Virus record (IMG/VR): IMGVR_UViG_3300018080_000105
Location: 120,022-184,021 of that record
From: a virus
Reading direction: 5' to 3' (one strand)
Length of the DNA stretch: 64,000 bases
Below the pieces are notes generated by a model that made no database searches, had not been told where the DNA came from, and was given only the letters and a program-made list of their open reading frames with translations. Below, piece by piece: positions 62,584-64,000 of this stretch. A program made the position numbers and the translations under genes. How positions within the stretch are numbered: the stretch's first letter is position 1; each line of letters starts with the position of its first letter.

Positions 62584-64000
62584 CCACATTGTCCTTTTCG
62601 GTCGGCTGCCACCAGTCAGGCTTTAGCAGCCAGCCACGTGCGTTGTCACGTGACGGTTCTCCGAGAAGTACACCAGCCTCATCCAGAGCCTTGGTGATCA
62701 GCAGGACATCTGGCACCAATCCACAGTCTGATCGTACTGCGGAACAGAACCTGTCCTGCGACAGCCATACAGCTTTTTGCCGAGGTAAATCAACTAACCC
62801 GGGATTGCTGACGGTGTCGTAACCTGCCTGTACGAGCGGAAGTGCGCCACGTGCCTGCAGGTCCATGACAGCTGCTTCCACATGGGAAACGGCTGCCGTA
62901 CTTGTGGGTGTGTGAAGCACACACTTTGCCGCTTCGATCGCGACGGTCCTCGCTCCGAGCGATTTGAACCAGGTAGCCATATCCCGCAACACACACAGTG
63001 CCAGATCGCGATCGATCTCTGGCAATGTAAGCTGCTTATCCGACAGGTACTGCAGGTAGTTGGGAATGATGTGCCGCACAGCCCCGTCGGCCAGCTGCAG
63101 CGATCCGAGTTCCCGAGTCTGCTCAATCAGGTTGAACTGCTCACGGAGTGCGAGCATTCGACCACCGACACGTGACATGTTGAGCGTCAAATTCTGAATC
63201 ACAGGGTCATTGACCCATTCAGAGGCCGCAGCCGTACGCTCGAACCGGGTCACTATGGGCCAGGTATGTCCACTGCGTACTTTCTCGACCAAGACCGCCA
63301 GGTCATTGTCGTCTGGTACACGTAGAGAAGGACAACCCAACTGTTTCAATGCGTCCGTGCCCATGCTCTGAGCGCCGGCACCTGCCAGCAAGATCGGACG
63401 TTGGTTCCTATTTACCGCTGGCGCCACAATGTTGGCGACCACGCAGGCAGCGGTTGCCCAGATCAACTGGGTCTCTTCATTTTTCCGGGCCAATGCCTGC
63501 CGAAACCGTAGCGGGATAATTCCGGGCAGCGGTAATGCCGTCGCCGGCGTATTGACAGTAGCGACGACGCCGACTTCCAACTCTTTCACACGACCGTATT
63601 TGATGCCGAACGTCGGAAAAGTGAACTGCTGTGCTTCGTCGCACCAACCGACACTGCCGGTCGTCTTCACGTATTCCGGCGGGTGCATTCGCAATGACAG
63701 GTCCAGTGCTTTCTTGCCCCATCGAGGGCACAGCTCTGCAACACCGGCACGTGCCTCGTCTCGCAGGAACTTGGTGATCCATGACCGAATCCCGTTGTCC
63801 AGTGTCGTGGTGGGGAGCATGAACGGGTAGCGTTCTCCTTTGAAGAACACGTTACCCTGGTAGTAGCTTTTCTGCGGGGTGTTGAGCACACGATCAATCT
63901 GCATCGTGAAGTTGCTGATCTGTTTGCCTGTCTCGGTGATCCAGCAACCGTTCTTCTCTGCAACCCACTGATTGTCAAACTGCAGCCGGCAACCGACGCG
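62564..64000 (-). CDS. DUF927-like (origin helicase-associated) protein, partial
   Basis: Frame stays open from 63904 to the window edge; ISNFTMQI and SVGWCDE..QFTFP resemble DUF927 segments. Confidence 0.45.
   Translation of the reverse strand, partial: RVGCRLQFDNQWVAEKNGCWITETGKQISNFTMQIDRVLNTPQKSYYQGNVFFKGERYPFMLPTTTLDNGIRSWITKFLRDEARAGVAELCPRWGKKALDLSLRMHPPEYVKTTGSVGWCDEAQQFTFPTFGIKYGRVKELEVGVVATVNTPATALPLPGIIPLRFRQALARKNEETQLIWATAACVVANIVAPAVNRNQRPILLAGAGAQSMGTDALKQLGCPSLRVPDDNDLAVLVEKVRSGHTWPIVTRFERTAAASEWVNDPVIQNLTLNMSRVGGRMLALREQFNLIEQTRELGSLQLADGAVRHIIPNYLQYLSDKQLTLPEIDRDLALCVLRDMATWFKSLGARTVAIEAAKCVLHTPTSTAAVSHVEAAVMDLQARGALPLVQAGYDTVSNPGLVDLPRQKAVWLSQDRFCSAVRSDCGLVPDVLLITKALDEAGVLLGEPSRDNARGWLLKPDWWQPTEKDNVDDDSRD
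63402..63417 (-). promoter_or_regulatory. 16/17 copy of the recurrent motif, inside a coding region
   Basis: CGGTAAATAGGAACCA, same orientation as the other copies; encodes V-N-R-N-Q in the host ORF. Confidence 0.5.

Overview
This window is a gene-dense segment of a large tailed dsDNA phage (Caudoviricetes), roughly 55-60% GC by eye. Almost every gene is on the minus strand; the one clear exception is a GpA-type terminase large subunit on the plus strand. From left to right it carries: a tubulin/FtsZ-family GTPase, two glycosyltransferases and a portal-like gene; a block of hypotheticals with two hairpin-rich intergenic regions; a nucleotide/DNA-metabolism block (DNA methyltransferase, RuvC, DEDDh exonuclease, dUTPase, GmhB, ThyX); and a long, tightly coupled replication/recombination operon (Mre11/SbcD, Rad50/SbcC, SF2 helicase, DnaB-like helicase, DnaG-like primase, UDG-like domain fused to family A polymerase, probable SSB, RecA/UvsX). 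It then carries a sugar-activation/glycosylation set (HldE, GT2-like, Maf/GT29-like, CapK-like), a ~900-nt repeat- and palindrome-rich control region, many small early-type genes with a second methyltransferase, DNA ligase and an RNase H-like gene, the terminase, and a partial DUF927-like gene. The most striking observation is two adjacent genes inside the replication operon that look like RNA-binding folds from RNA-guided systems. One is an IS110/Nop-domain protein with degenerate catalytic motifs (TIGR-Tas-like architecture); the other is a stand-alone RAMP (Cas7/Csm3-like) protein. I found no guide array by eye, but several structured intergenic RNA candidates are present. A 17-nt motif (CCGGTAAATAGGAACCA on the minus strand) recurs at operon heads. 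I recognised no rRNA, canonical tRNA or CRISPR array. All family calls come from motif recognition by eye; no database search was run. Several starts were moved from the supplied ORF track to the codon with an SD sequence or stop/start overlap.
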